Position numbers and translations under genes: made by a program. DNA of 64,000 nucleotides, taken from contig JAQGDQ010000462.1 in assembly GCA_030141605.1 (NCBI GenBank), positions 117,640 through 181,639 on the forward strand, given 5' to 3'. Source of the stretch: Tubiluchus corallicola (taxonomy: Eukaryota > Animalia > Priapulida). The stretch's first letter is position 1. Each line of letters begins with the position of its first letter. Below the pieces are notes generated by a model. It did not search any database, had not been told where the DNA came from, and worked only from the letters and a program-made list of their open reading frames with translations. This document shows positions 26,144 through 39,283 of the stretch, in pieces.

Positions 26144-26649
26144 TTAATAAAATGCGTCTTTGATCAATAACACAAATTCATTTTCCGGCATTATTTATAA
26201 GAACGTAGCCGTTTCTAAGTTTGTGTTCACTGATCCGATTAGCCATAATTGTCATGTAGTCTGAACCGTACACTAATTATCAACATCCTTGACAATAGAA
26301 ACTGTATACAGTTTACTGCATATGCAACACGAAACTGTTTAGGAATACCCCTTTTTCCTGAAATGAAATGTAGTAACCATGTTGTTCGTTGTAAGAATTT
26401 GTTATCATGTAGTACTAGCATCTTGATTACAACTATAAGATGCAACACAATTTACATTAGATAAATTTGAAATTTGCTTACGAACGATTCTTTTTTCAGT
26501 ACTTGATTTCATCAAGCCTTCGGTCAGTCACACTGTTTGGTGTAATTAGTCTTCGTGGAAAACTAGTCTCACACAGACTAATTTTAAAGTGCACTTTTTG
26601 TGGCTTTTTCCAGTATGAATTTAGTCTATGTTTCGAAAATAGTCTGTTT

Positions 26650-27043
26650 TAGTGTCTCTGAGAAGCATTTACGACAACTTCAAAAGCCTCAGTTGAATTT
26701 TCATATAAACCACTGATCTTTATTTCTGCAACATTTAAAACAAAAAAAATAGAAAGGCAAAGGTGACTGACATTGGCTAATTTAGTTAGATTGTTAATGA
26801 ATAATGAATCAACGAATAAATAAAAAAAAAAAAAATAATAGAAGTGAACTTATATCGTTGCGGCATATCTAATGAAAAATTTCACTAGCTTGTTAAAGAT
26901 ACATGTTCACTCATACAACAGAACAGTATAAATGATAACTTAACTAGGTCAATGCCTACACTTTAAATTTTCTAGCTAGATGGAGCCACCTTGGCTACAA
27001 AATTAAAATTTTGTAGTGTAAGTCAGGTTCACACTGGCCTTAA
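26650..27043. repeat. Interspersed element end (second copy ~43978-44238) terminating in CC|TTAA
   Basis: Both copies share tagtgtctctgaga...accactgatctttattt...gatggagccacctt...gtcaggttcacactggccttaa. Confidence 0.7.
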
Positions 27044-30000
27044 TAGTCTGTGCTGTGCTGCGCAGCGTAGCTGGAATACATGAAAGAAAGGATTGTGCAA
27101 CATATCTCGCTCAGCAACACCAACCACCATATCACTTTTGCCTGGAAGGCAATGATACGTGTTGACGTGGCACTGGATGTGGACGGCAGGTGGAATACAA
27201 TGCAAATGTACCCGTGTTGCAGGAAATTATACCGAAATACAAAGAAGAGTTCTATGACAAATCGGTTGATGTAGATATTTCCAGCTCCCAGTCTGAGTTC
27301 CCTGAAGAAGATGCTGATTGAAAAGCAAAATATTGTTATTGTCATTTGAATATCATTGAAAATAGACTTCGTTAGCATTCTACGAAATTATTCAGTGTGG
27401 AAAATTAGTGTTACACTAATTAGACTGATTTAGATGGTGCACATTGGAACATTAGTTTCATTATTAGTTTCACACAGACTAATTACACCAAGTCAGCTAG
27501 CTGTTTAAGCCTTTGATACACCTGGCCGTTCAGCGTCCAGTGGTGTTTTTCGGGGGTCTACAAAGAAGTGAATAAATAATTTTTTTTTCAATGTTTTCAT
27601 TGTTTCGTTGCTTATTAGCGTAATAACTTTACCAGCCCACTCAACATGAGCACCGGCCATGTGCTCCTGTTAGTTATCTCATACATTTTCGCGCCTCACT
27701 CTGTCTCTGTTATTCTGTACCTCACTCACTCTGAACACGCACGTGCTTGAAATTCTAGTTTACACATATAGTTTAGCTTGCACCAGACGCATTTGCCCAG
27801 AACAGTGTATGTTTTTACATGAACAAACACGGTTTGTCTGTCTTTTTCAAAATGATGGTCAGTGTTTTTAAAAAGGTAAAATAAAATTTATACTACTAGT
27901 AGTACATGCTGTAGTATTTTTAGTTAAGACCAACAAGATTACATGTACATTTACTAAGAGGCATTTACCTATATAGCCCCGTAATGTGCATGCGTTAAGA
28001 AGCTGGGCAAAAGAAAAAAATCGGTTTATATTGCATTCAAGTCAACCATTTATCTGAGTTGCGTTATGCGTCATTTTTTCTGATTTGATTTTCCATTATT
28101 GATTTTTTATTCTGTAGGTTGCTAACGCAGGTTTAACGCAGGTTGATACGTGCACCGCTAATATCACAAAAACAACTCAAATATTAGTGGCTTTTATAAA
28201 GCATCCGTAATGTGTTATAAGTTATCAGCCTGTGGAATGAAAATTCAATTGAAATTGATTGCAGAAAGAAACGCATTGCCTAGGTCAGATAAATGGTTGG
28301 ATGGAAAACAACATAAACCGATTTTACCTCTTCCGCTGCTTCTTAACGCATGCGCATTCCGTTACTATATAAATGGAACTTGGTGCGATTATTTCGTGAC
28401 AGTATTACTGAAGATGTGCTAATAGCGATGATGGTAGTGATCAATCTTTTATTAAAAATAAAAAAATATTTACAGAGGTGCCTCTATTTGCAGGCGTGTA
28501 GTTAAACTTGATTAATAACTGTTAGCTCAATCAAATAACATGATTACATTCTAACAACATTCTATCTGATTTATCAGTTGTTTAACAAAATACACAAATA
28601 ACATTACCCATCATTACCGCTTCTGCAACTGGTTAAACTTTATTTTAAACATTTTCATAATATACATGATATTTACATTCGATTCGTATTACAATGCTAA
28701 ACATTTTCTATTCATATTTCGGCACGTTGACTTATTTCGTTTTATATAAACTTTTCTAATTAACCGAAACATATATACACAGTTTTATATATTTTTATAT
28801 ACATAAAATAACAGATGTTTCTCGTATTACATGAGTAAAATCCTTAATTATGTTATGTTTCTGTTAGTTTTTGCTATTATATTTGTCAGACTTGTTCCTT
28901 CTAATTGCTCCTTTAATCGTAATGGCTGCCCTGCATTTACAAATGGACATACTATACAAAGGTGGTCTGGGGTTTCAAATTCAGTTCCACATTAACAAAA
29001 CGGGCTCTACATAATTTAACAAATATAACAATTCTTTAAATGTTACCTGGATTGTTATAAAGATTCGGGTGATAGTTTCAACTTCCCTGCCTGCATAATC
29101 TACTTGCAGCTCTATGTCTACAACTCAAGTCTGATAGTTCCACATTTAAAAACTCATTTGAAAATAAACCTAAATTACATAATGTTTTTTCACATATAAG
29201 CGCAACACTGTGACATGACGTTGTTTGTATATATAAGCCTGTTTGCTTGCATCTCATTAAAACTTATTGATCGAACACTATTATCACTATTATCAAATTT
29301 TGATTTTTCGATGAACGTCTGGTATATTTGGCCACATTTTGCATGTTCAGACAAGTTTACAACAGCTTGGAAAAGTTTTTCGCAAAGTGGAGAGTTTATG
29401 AATAGAACAGAATTGAGTTTCATTTACACTTTAGCAACAATGAAATAACAACAAGCAGATGAATAATAAACAGAATTGCTGAAACAACCAGCGTTAACAA
29501 AACACAAGAAAATTAGATGCACAAATTCACAATACCGTTACTTAGTTTAAGCAGGCGCACAGATTAGGACAATAAAAGTGGTGATCATCTAAAATTTTAT
29601 TAAATTACAACCAATTAGCAAAAAGTGCAACACTTGAGTGAACACTTTTGAATCGATTATACAGATAGACCATTTCATTTATTATTGACGATTGAAATTC
29701 CTAGTACATACGTTTCTTTATAAAATGGCATTCTATAATAGAATGACTTTTAAAACATTGAACTCGGTTCACACGATGAGTTTTCAATGACGGTTACTTT
29801 GCAGATGTATTTAGTAATATTTATTAGTGTCGAAAATACATACAGTACGAGAAAAAACAGGATATATATCTACAATCTCAATTTTCAAATATTATAACAC
29901 TATAGGCAAACAAAACAATTACTAATAAAACAAATCTTATTAAATCTTTATGTTAGTTATATTAGTTATTTAAATAAAAAAACATTTGCAGAAGAGGCGT

Positions 30001-33000
30001 TCTCTAACCTCTGTTCATTTTTGAAATATCTCCAAAATGGCTTCTTATGCTTGTATGAAACCCGACTTTGTTTGAGCATGAACTGTGAACGGAAAGCAAA
30101 ATCAATCAGAAAAACCTGAAATGGAATATGGAACAAGAATTTATTATTAAATATTTCGTGAATTAAAAGCGAAAACGCAAACGAATATTTTTAAAAATTG
30201 TTTTAGCATCACACCAAGTAAGATCGATTACTGGCATATTTTCACATGAAGATAATGTAGAAAGGGTGTACTTTCAAAGCATCATCGCTTGTGTTTTTGC
30301 ATGTTAGCTACTGTAGTAGAAGGGAAGGTTTCTCTTCATTTCCATATAAATCTATAAAACTTACGTAAATTCACTCATGGAATTGACAGTCGTGCACTTA
30401 GAACTACAATTTATGCACTCGGTTTTTGTTAAAGCAAAACGAGTCCCAATCTTAAGCTGTAGGTCAAAACAATCTACTCTTTAAAATATTTAAAGAAAGC
30501 ATACCATTTTTTCAAAAATGACTTACGTGAAAGAATTATTACACATAAATACAAATTCGCGTTCACGCCTCTAGTTCTTCACTGCTACATTTCGCTGGTT
30601 AGACAGGCAACTAGCGCCTGCATTTCAGAAAGGGCTGCACAGAAATTGGTGCTGCACATCTCAGTTCAGATGTGTTAATTTGTGACGAAGTACGCACGTT
30701 CGACAGCTCAAGCGTGAGCATAGCGGCAAATTTGAAATATTAATTTTTATCTTAAAACGTGTCTACTTTTAGTAGAACACACTGAATATTTTACGCTAGC
30801 ACTGCATTTCAATTTTCACTTTTGCAAATACGTGCAAAGCGCTCGTAGAATATTTTTGCTGTTGAAAATTATGTTAGTTTGTGATGACATCACTAGCTCA
30901 CCAGTCGCTAATTAAGGTTTTAATCTGTTATTTAATTATCAGAAGCGCTTTTGCAGTATTAATTATGTTAAAATGCATACTGTTACCGTACTTGAGAATG
31001 AGGTAGTAAATGAAAAATCATCCTGTCTTTAAACTTATTCTTCCCAAAGTTGAAAATCAAGAATATCGTACAACGTACTTATGATACCTGCCAACTATTG
31101 ACTTTTCATACTGTCCATGTGCCACGAACTCAGGCTACTCTGCTAGCACATTAAAAGACTGTGCAGGGTCAAGGCCGCTTCACAAGATTATAATAAGTCC
31201 AAAAGAGCTATAATAAATTAGCATTATAATTGGGATTATTAAATAACTTTTCCAAACTTCGGGAAAGGCTGAGTAGCACTTTTACTAGACGAATCTTTTT
31301 GGGAAAGTTTACTCGTTAATAATTTTGCTTGAATATGGAGCCACGTGTGAATATATTTTGGAAACAATTTTGCACAAAACATCATGAAACTTCTAAACTT
31401 CAGAATCACTAATTTTTGCTAAAGTCGCTTTGCAAGTTGCGTCCAAAATTCATTGACTCATGTCAAGAAATGAGTCCTGTGCAATTATCAATCCAAACAC
31501 TGCATCGGTAGTTGCTGCAGTATGCAACACAGGCTTTGAAGGGTGCAAAAGTTTCTCCTTTTGATTTGACTTTAATAAAATGAGGTCCATGTGTTATATG
31601 CCTCTTCGATAATGAGTTCGTTGGGACTACCGTTACAACTTGCCCAAACATGGCGGACATCCGGGTTGTGACGCAAGCAGATCACGTGCTTTCCCGACCT
31701 GCGTTTTGAAGGTGCCTTGAGTTTACCGCCAATATAAGTATTTCTTTGACGAAACGTATATTGGTAAAAACAAAGAAAGGCTCCCAAATAAGGCTGCAAT
31801 GTATTTTTCGTTTTACTTTAATATTTAATCCATTATTATCGAATATTCCTGTAAATCCCAGTGAGGAGCTTCCTAGTGTCGCAATTTGTTTGCTAATGTC
31901 GCTTAATTAATTAATGTAGCAAGCGACAGGGGGCGCTTCTGATTGAAATCTTCCCGCTAAAAATAAAACATCACACAATAATATTCCTTCACATGCTCAT
32001 GTTGTACAAAGCAAACTTCACATGCAAAATTCGCGTTCCGATTACACACTAAATCATGTTACAAAATTCTCCTCTAAAATAATAATCACATTTTTCATAA
32101 CTGAAACGTACACAAACTTCTTCACATTCAAAACAAACAACTGAAAGTGCTGCACTTTCGAACACAGCGCGTTTTCACATCTTATAATCTTGAACTCTTG
32201 AATGACACGCTATGATGGCGTAACAGAGCACACTGCGCATGATCACGGTAATTCCACACAGCGCGTTTTGTCTACTCGCTATGATGGAGTCACAGAACAC
32301 ACTGCACATAATCATGGTTTATGCGGAGTTCTTTTGCGCGAATTTCAGAACGAAAACACACTGCGCATGATCACCGTACTTTTTACACAGCGCGTTTTAC
32401 CTACGTGATATGATCATAGAACAGTTACCGCAAAGAATACAGTTCGCGCAGTTAGTGTCGCCCTATCGGCACAGCAGTACGGACTGTTGTCAGGTTCGCT
32501 TATAGCGCAAGCTGTTCGCGCACAGGTGTGTACTGTAGCAGATCCATTGATGAGACCCACAAACTCAGGCCGGTCGACAGGCGCTCTTAAATTACTTAGC
32601 AGTGAGTTGCAAGGCCTAAATCTGTCTTTGGCGATTTATAGCAGCTGTAATATTTTTCACTATTATTTAAAGCAAGCATAAGTGCATAAGGCACTAAGAA
32701 TAATTAGTAGTTAAAATAAAAAACCATTATATTCATATCTCATGAAAATTAATAGGCTTGTTTACGAAGTTAAGAAAGTTGATCATAAAGAAATCAGTTT
32801 GCAAATACCTGGCTCATGTAGTGTTCTATATCTGTAGAAATATGTTTTCTAAAAGAACTTTCCCATTTAATGTGTCCCATTTTTCCAGAAGAGCAAATAA
32901 TTTTTCCAGAACAAAACTTAATCTAAGTATCTGTTTTGTTAATTCCAAGTAAAGATTGGCCTTTGTTATGAGATGGAGTTGGTAATAAAATCACGTTGAA

Positions 33001-33858
33001 CAAACGGAGATGCACTTGCGACATTACTCCTCTTTTTTATTGTCAGTGAACAAAAAATAACAAAACGAAACATCAGAGCTGTCATCCTAAGCTGCCGACA
33101 TTACTTCCACCTCTGTAACAACCAACTAACTAGGTCAAAATCAAGTTACGTAATTCAGGTGAGAAGTCAACCGGGCGCATAAACTAGAATCGGCAGGCGG
33201 GTAATGTGTAGACGTCACTTATATTTAGCCTATTTTTTTAAGATTCAGTTAGGCTTATCTCTCACCTTTTCTCACCATCCTCCTGGTAGATTTTCATCCG
33301 TCAGCCGGCGAACACTTGATAACGTCTCTCCAGGTGCTTATCTCAAAATAAATGTTCATTAAATACAGTTTGTTTACATGTAAAAATGTACTTGTATAAG
33401 CGTACTAATAAAACACCTGTAGCTAAACCCACAGACAAGGCTTGATAAATAATTTATACTAAGGGCAATCAATTTATACTGTTAAATATATAGGCTCAGC
33501 TTCATAGAATCTCTGTATGTAATAATGCATACATCATACTGTATATGAGTATGTGTGCATGGGTGTATCAAAACGTTACGACGCCCTAGGCTGGCAGTTC
33601 AGTCCTACACATCTCTACTACTGTATTGATTATTTATATATGAAACTGGATGCAATTACGTGTTGTGTGCGTGCGTGCGCATTATTTATATACAAACCTA
33701 AAAAATAATGTGTGTAATTATATGGATTAATTGCAGGGCAGGTAATGGGTGCAATTTTTAATGTGCCAAATCCGCCACATCATATTAGAGTAAAACGACC
33801 AAGAAACAAATGGCAGAACCTTTAACAAAAGGAAGAGAAGAATCTCTCTCTCTCTCTG

Positions 33859-33924
<66 letters not shown>

Positions 33925-34079
33925 TCTCTCACTACATCTCTGTCTCTCTCTCTTCCTTCTCTTTCTCTCTGTTTCTTTCTTTCTCTCTCCCTTCCTCTCT
34001 TTCTCACTAAGACAAGGAGGCAGAGAAAAATCAATAAATCAATAAAAATACATAGTAGCAGCCCATCGAGCAGTCAGCT

Positions 34080-34750
34080 AGCCTCTTTCTCTCTCTGTGT
34101 CCCTCCCTCCCTCTCTCTCTTTCTCTCATGCCCTCCCCCTCTCTCTCTCTCTCTCTCTCTTCCTTCCTCCCTCTCTTTCTCTCTGTTTCTTTGTTTCTCT
34201 CTCCCTTCTTCTCTTTTTCTCTTTAAGACAGGGAAGCAGAGAAAAATCAATAAATCAATAAAAATGCATTAGTTTTTTACATAGCAGGCAGCCCATCACG
34301 CAGTCAGCTAGCCTCTTTCCTCAGGAAGAACAGTAAAATTTAACTTAAAAGAAAACTGAAGAAGTATTTGCAAGTACGTAATTCAAACTTGTTGCTACAA
34401 GTGTTTTCGTTTTCATGAAATGTTTTTAGTTTTTTAAACTAATAATTGATTTGAGATATTCTTGTTCTATTAAAAACGCAAAAGTGATTATTATTATTAA
34501 AACTGCGCGTTTGCTAACACTATTGGTGGACTTAATAAATAAAATTGCAGTCTTTGAGGCTGAAAAGTTTTTAATCATCCGCCGTTTGATGCCACCAGCG
34601 TAGCCGCTTAGCGCAAAAGCAAAACAGAGCACACTGCGCATGATCACGGTTTATGCGGAGTTCTTTTGCGCGAATTTCAGAACGAAAAAATGTCATATAA
34701 AAATGACTATACACATTTCAATCATATTTGTTTTTACCTCATATCCATAG
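34080..34750 (+). repeat. Recent repeat copy, inverted relative to ~50752-51503
   Basis: ORFs 34426..34647(-) and 50856..51146(+) share KNFSASKTAILFIKSTNSVSKRAVLIIIITFAFLIEQEYLKSII, and the CT/GA tracts mirror each other. Confidence 0.88.
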
Positions 34751-34919
34751 TTCTAATTTTTTTATTATCTGTTTTTAATATTCAATAATAATAGATTTAT
34801 TAATCATCAATTTTTCAAGCTTTTGACAAACGTTGATTAACTTTTCCAAAAATTTGTAAAAAAACATGCTGTTATAATAAAGAATAAATGTTAGCTGCTT
34901 AGAGTTTCTTTTTGCACTC

Positions 34920-35030
34920 AACAGATAGCAGCACTATGCTTGTAATGAGAACAGCTTAATAGTCGCGCAATTTTATTTCACATTTACTATACATAAAAGA
35001 TATAATAAGATATATATTAATAAGAATAGC

Positions 35031-35082
<52 letters not shown>

Positions 35083-35096
35083 GTAAAAGTAATAAC

Positions 35097-35140
<44 letters not shown>

Positions 35141-35216
35141 TAATAATAACAATAATAATAACAATAACAATAATAATAATAATAATAATAAGAAGAAGAA
35201 GAAGAAGAAGAAGAAT
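34920..35216. repeat. Microsatellite-bearing element, inverted copy at ~39150-39518
   Basis: acagatagcagcactatgcttgtaatgagaacagcttaatagtcg at 34921 is the exact reverse complement of ~39472-39516, and the (AAT)/(AAG) tracts mirror (TAT)/(CTT). Confidence 0.8.
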
Positions 35217-36064
35217 ATTAAGAGTGAACAGTCTCGCTGATATTCTAACATGAGCACTTTCATTAAAGTTCTTAAAGTTGCTGTATATTTGTTTTCTCAA
35301 CAGTTTTCTCATGTTCCGACGGTCCATTTTTAGAATATTAAGGGTGACTGTGATGATCTTGAGTAATTATCGCTATTGTTGATAGGTGATCTGTGACTTG
35401 AGCGGAATCCATGGGTAAGGAATAAAACACTTAGTCGAAAACACTGGAGGAAAACTTCTGAATTAATAAAATCATAATATCAATTTAATGAACATCTCGA
35501 ATACATTGTAAGGAAAATATTAATAATAGAGATTAAGCTGGTTAAGCTAAAAAAGGAACAACGTAACGTTTTTCACCAGTCCTGTCTTGGCATCACCAAG
35601 CGACGTTTCTCCATCCAGCGTCATCTCTCTGACTCCTCACCAGGGGGCTTCATCGAGAAATGGTGCACCATAGAATGGTTGACCACACTACCTCTTCCCG
35701 CATCCAATTACGTGAACGACGTCTCTAAACATTGACGACTCCTGATGACGTCCTCGCCTCCACTTATATGACGTCAAGCTAGAGTAGCATTCGAACTCCT
35801 GTACTCGTCACGATGTAAGGGTCACCAATTTCGTAATCACAGCATGGAAGCTCCAACGGTGCAATCATCAACATCAGGAAAATACAGGTAATTATCATCA
35901 GCTGCAGATATCAGCAACAACTGGTAAGTATGATCTCTAACTGGTTAAGTATCATAAGTGTCAGGTAAACATCATCAGCAACAGTGTAAGTATCATTGTC
36001 AGCAAGCAGCTATCATCTTTGTCATAACTATTTCGTCACTTCCTTTTCGTACAATTTCTTTTCG

Positions 36065-36857
36065 AGCACACTGTACATGATCACGGCAATTCCACACAGC
36101 ACGTTTTGTCTACACGCTATGATGGCGTCACAGAGCACACTGCGCATGATCACGGTCATTCCACACAGCGCGTTTTGTCTACACGCTGTGTTGGCATCAC
36201 GGTTTATGCGGAATTCTTTTGCGCGAATTTGCGCAAAACTTTGCTATGTAAATAACGGTTTGTGTTTTTGCGCTAGAGATCTGAAATGTTTTAAATTGTT
36301 TACAACTAATGATTTTAATAAACTGAATTTAATTACAATCTGCATAAACTGAAAGCAACTCTGACTGTGAAGTAATGCGCACAAATTTATTTTCTAAAGT
36401 TTATTTCAGAACCAAAAAATGTCATATAAAAGTTAAAAATTACCCTAAAAACTAAGAAATATTACACGCCACGCAGAGTTAAAAGAGCTACGAAAATACG
36501 CAAAAAATAAAAACATTATATGAAATATAAAACACAAAAAATCAGTTAAAAAGCAGCAGTTACTACATCAATAAATGAGGTCATCTTCTAAATATTCTAC
36601 TATAAATATAAAATTGCACATCAGTTTGGATGCATTTATAATTTCCAATAAAATTTGCTGATCCAATCATTTTTGTTGTTAAGCTAAAGGCAGAGTGATG
36701 CTGCTGCACTTAAAAATGTTTTATATCATGTTCTACACATGTTGTACTATTGTTCACTAGAATGACTTGTGCAATTCTTGCTTCTTCAGTGGTTAATATT
36801 TGCAATAAATCTTCACTCTCATCCTTAATAAGATGATGTAGTTGCTATATTATTATA
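36065..36857 (+). repeat. Recent repeat copy, direct duplicate at ~52425-53235; carries ~65-bp internal tandem modules
   Basis: Near-identical gcggaattcttttgcgcgaatttgcgcaaaactttgctatgtaaataac...ataagatgatgtag. The module cacactgcgcatgatcacgg also occurs at ~32230-32400, ~34630 and inverted at ~50860-50945. Confidence 0.88.
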
Positions 36858-38154
36858 GTAGAGAAAGCTTGTGTCTTATCTTGTAGTAAATATAATTGCA
36901 GTATCAATTACTAGCAATGCCTTTAAATTGTAAAACGCTGCAGGAAAAATGGGAATACGAGCCTGTATTGACCTCCAAGAATTTTTTTCGCAGTACATGC
37001 ACTGTAAGATTCTCTGTACACATTTTGTATAATGTTTGTGTTGCGCATGCGCAGGACTTACGAGATACAGTTGCGTAATTAGACTCGCTCTCGGCAGTAG
37101 CTTCCTCCCCAGTCGTTTGATTATGTTGGAAGGTAATTCTAATGAAAGGTAAGAGGATGAGTGATCAACTGCAAATGCGCATATGTCTCCGACTTGATGA
37201 CGTCATGCTCGCTGTGACGTCATCAATGCTTGTTATCCCGTCTAAGACAATTCTCGCAACCGTACTGATGACGTGTGCCGTCATTGCGTTGATGTCATGC
37301 GCATGCGCAACACAAACGTTTATTTGCAATTTTCAGTTACCTTCCTAGTGAGCCATCGTGTGTACGAATCGGTTCACCATGAGGGAAAATATAGTATTGA
37401 ATTGAATACCAAAAAAGCTCAAAATTCACATCGTAATCACAGGAGCTTAAACTTTTGGCCACGACTGTAGTTTCACATTCTGTATCTTATGTTCCTTATC
37501 TTCGGTTGGCTTGTGCTGCATCTGAAAACATGTATTTGTATAAATTTATTGACTTCCAACATACAATACAGTTCCATACGGGGTAAAACACAATATGTAC
37601 ATAGAAGTCCATCCAAATATTAATGATTTCCATGACAATTTACAATTAGCTGTAATTAAACACAGATTAAATTTACAGATTTTTGTTGACTTTTAGATAC
37701 GCATGTGAACTTGCCAGAACGTAGTAGGTCTGTGCTTATTTTATAGAATTCGCTCTATAAGTTAAAAAAAGATTTTTAAGCACCTGGCGGGCAAGTGTTT
37801 ACATTACACGGAACCGGATGACGCCATTTTTCAGAAGTGAGCGCGCCCAAGCGTGAAGTGATCACAATTTTAAATTGATTTACTAATTACACGAGATGCT
37901 TATCACAATTTTATTGCTGAAACTTTCTAACATTTTTTCCAAATATTAAAATAAGCTCAACTTCCCGAGAGACTTGACTTTTGCTTTAAGCCACACGTAC
38001 AATACTGTACCAACTCACTGCTGTTTACATTTGCAGTTAGCACAAGCGCCTTAAACTCAAATGCGTCACATGCCATATTAAAAGAAAGGGCTGTTAAAAT
38101 TGTTGCTATACACAATGATCAAATCGTTTTCTTGATTTTATTATCTAACGAGAA

Positions 38155-38770
38155 AGGTAAAAAGACACAGATAAAAATGGCACAGATAAAATAGCATGAT
38201 TAAAAATAGCACAGGAAAAAATGTCACGGCAAAATTTGACAGGAAAAATGACACATGTGGAAAAGTAGGAATAATGGTACTAAAGACTGGTACAGCGTCG
38301 ACTTCGTTTTCTACTTAGCAAGTTTTGGTAAAAATATATTAAAGCGCGTGTTTTAGCATGTTTTGCCTCACCGTGCAGCTAATTTTTCCTTGTTATCCTA
38401 CAGCTTATGTGCAACATCTCCGAAATCTTTCATGCAAATCTATTAATCAAGTTTTGAGTAATTTTGTTAACAAACAAACAAGCAAACAAACAAACAAATA
38501 GATAAAAAAACAGCAAACAAACAAACAAATAGGTAAAAAACAGCAAACAAACAAATGAACGACCAGACACACGAAGGACGTATAAAATATAACCAATTAT
38601 GCAGAGGTTAAAAATAATTAAATTAATTATTTCAACAATAACAATAACTCTAAATCCTATTTTGCTGTTTGATTTTTCCCCATTTTTTCCATATATGCCC
38701 TTTCGTCTGTGCCATTATTACCGTGCCGTTTTTACCTGTGCCATTTTTGCTTAGTGCTGTTTGTACCATA
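38155..38770. mobile_element. MITE-like element with inverted ~15-bp subterminal repeats; nested (CAAA)n Helentron/DINE-like fragment at ~38430-38612
   Basis: The left arm repeats aaaaatggcacag-like motifs and the right arm repeats ctgtgccattttt-like motifs. The interior has gttttgagtaattttgttaacaaacaaac...aatataacc...gcagaggtta. Confidence 0.55.
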
Positions 38771-39242
38771 CACTTATCGTCTCAAGGTAAGTCATTGCCC
38801 GCAAGACCACCAGGGAAACAAAACTAGAAAAATTCGAAATGTTATTCAGCTAAGCGGATTATCATTATCAGAGTTTTAAATCTTTATTGTCCTTAGAGGA
38901 AAATTATCCGCCGCGTTTTGTGAACAAGGCTTAACGATACCGCGTCTCAAACTTTTAAGTAAAATCCTATAACAAAGAATAAACCTTTTGTATTTGTTTG
39001 TCTTTTCAATTTCAGCGCCTGTTTGTGTTTATTATAGACAGCATTATCTAAATATGAATACCTTGATTTGTGCATAGTTTAACTTTGTTACACAGCATTA
39101 TCATAATTTATTTATAGTATCTTTCGCAAAATTTAAATTTTGCTGCCGCAATTCTTCTTCTTTTTCTTTTTCTTCTTCTTCTTCTTCTTCTTCTTCTTAT
39201 TATTATTATTACTACTACTACTACTACTACTACTACAACGGT

Positions 39243-39283
<41 letters not shown>

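Noticed and set aside
31572-31793. Possible phase-0 terminal exon (cag|PYLGAFLCFY...) that could join the 58126 donor
   Set aside because: Poor polypyrimidine tract, no recognisable domain, and it would need a 26-kb intron. Unsupported without RNA data.
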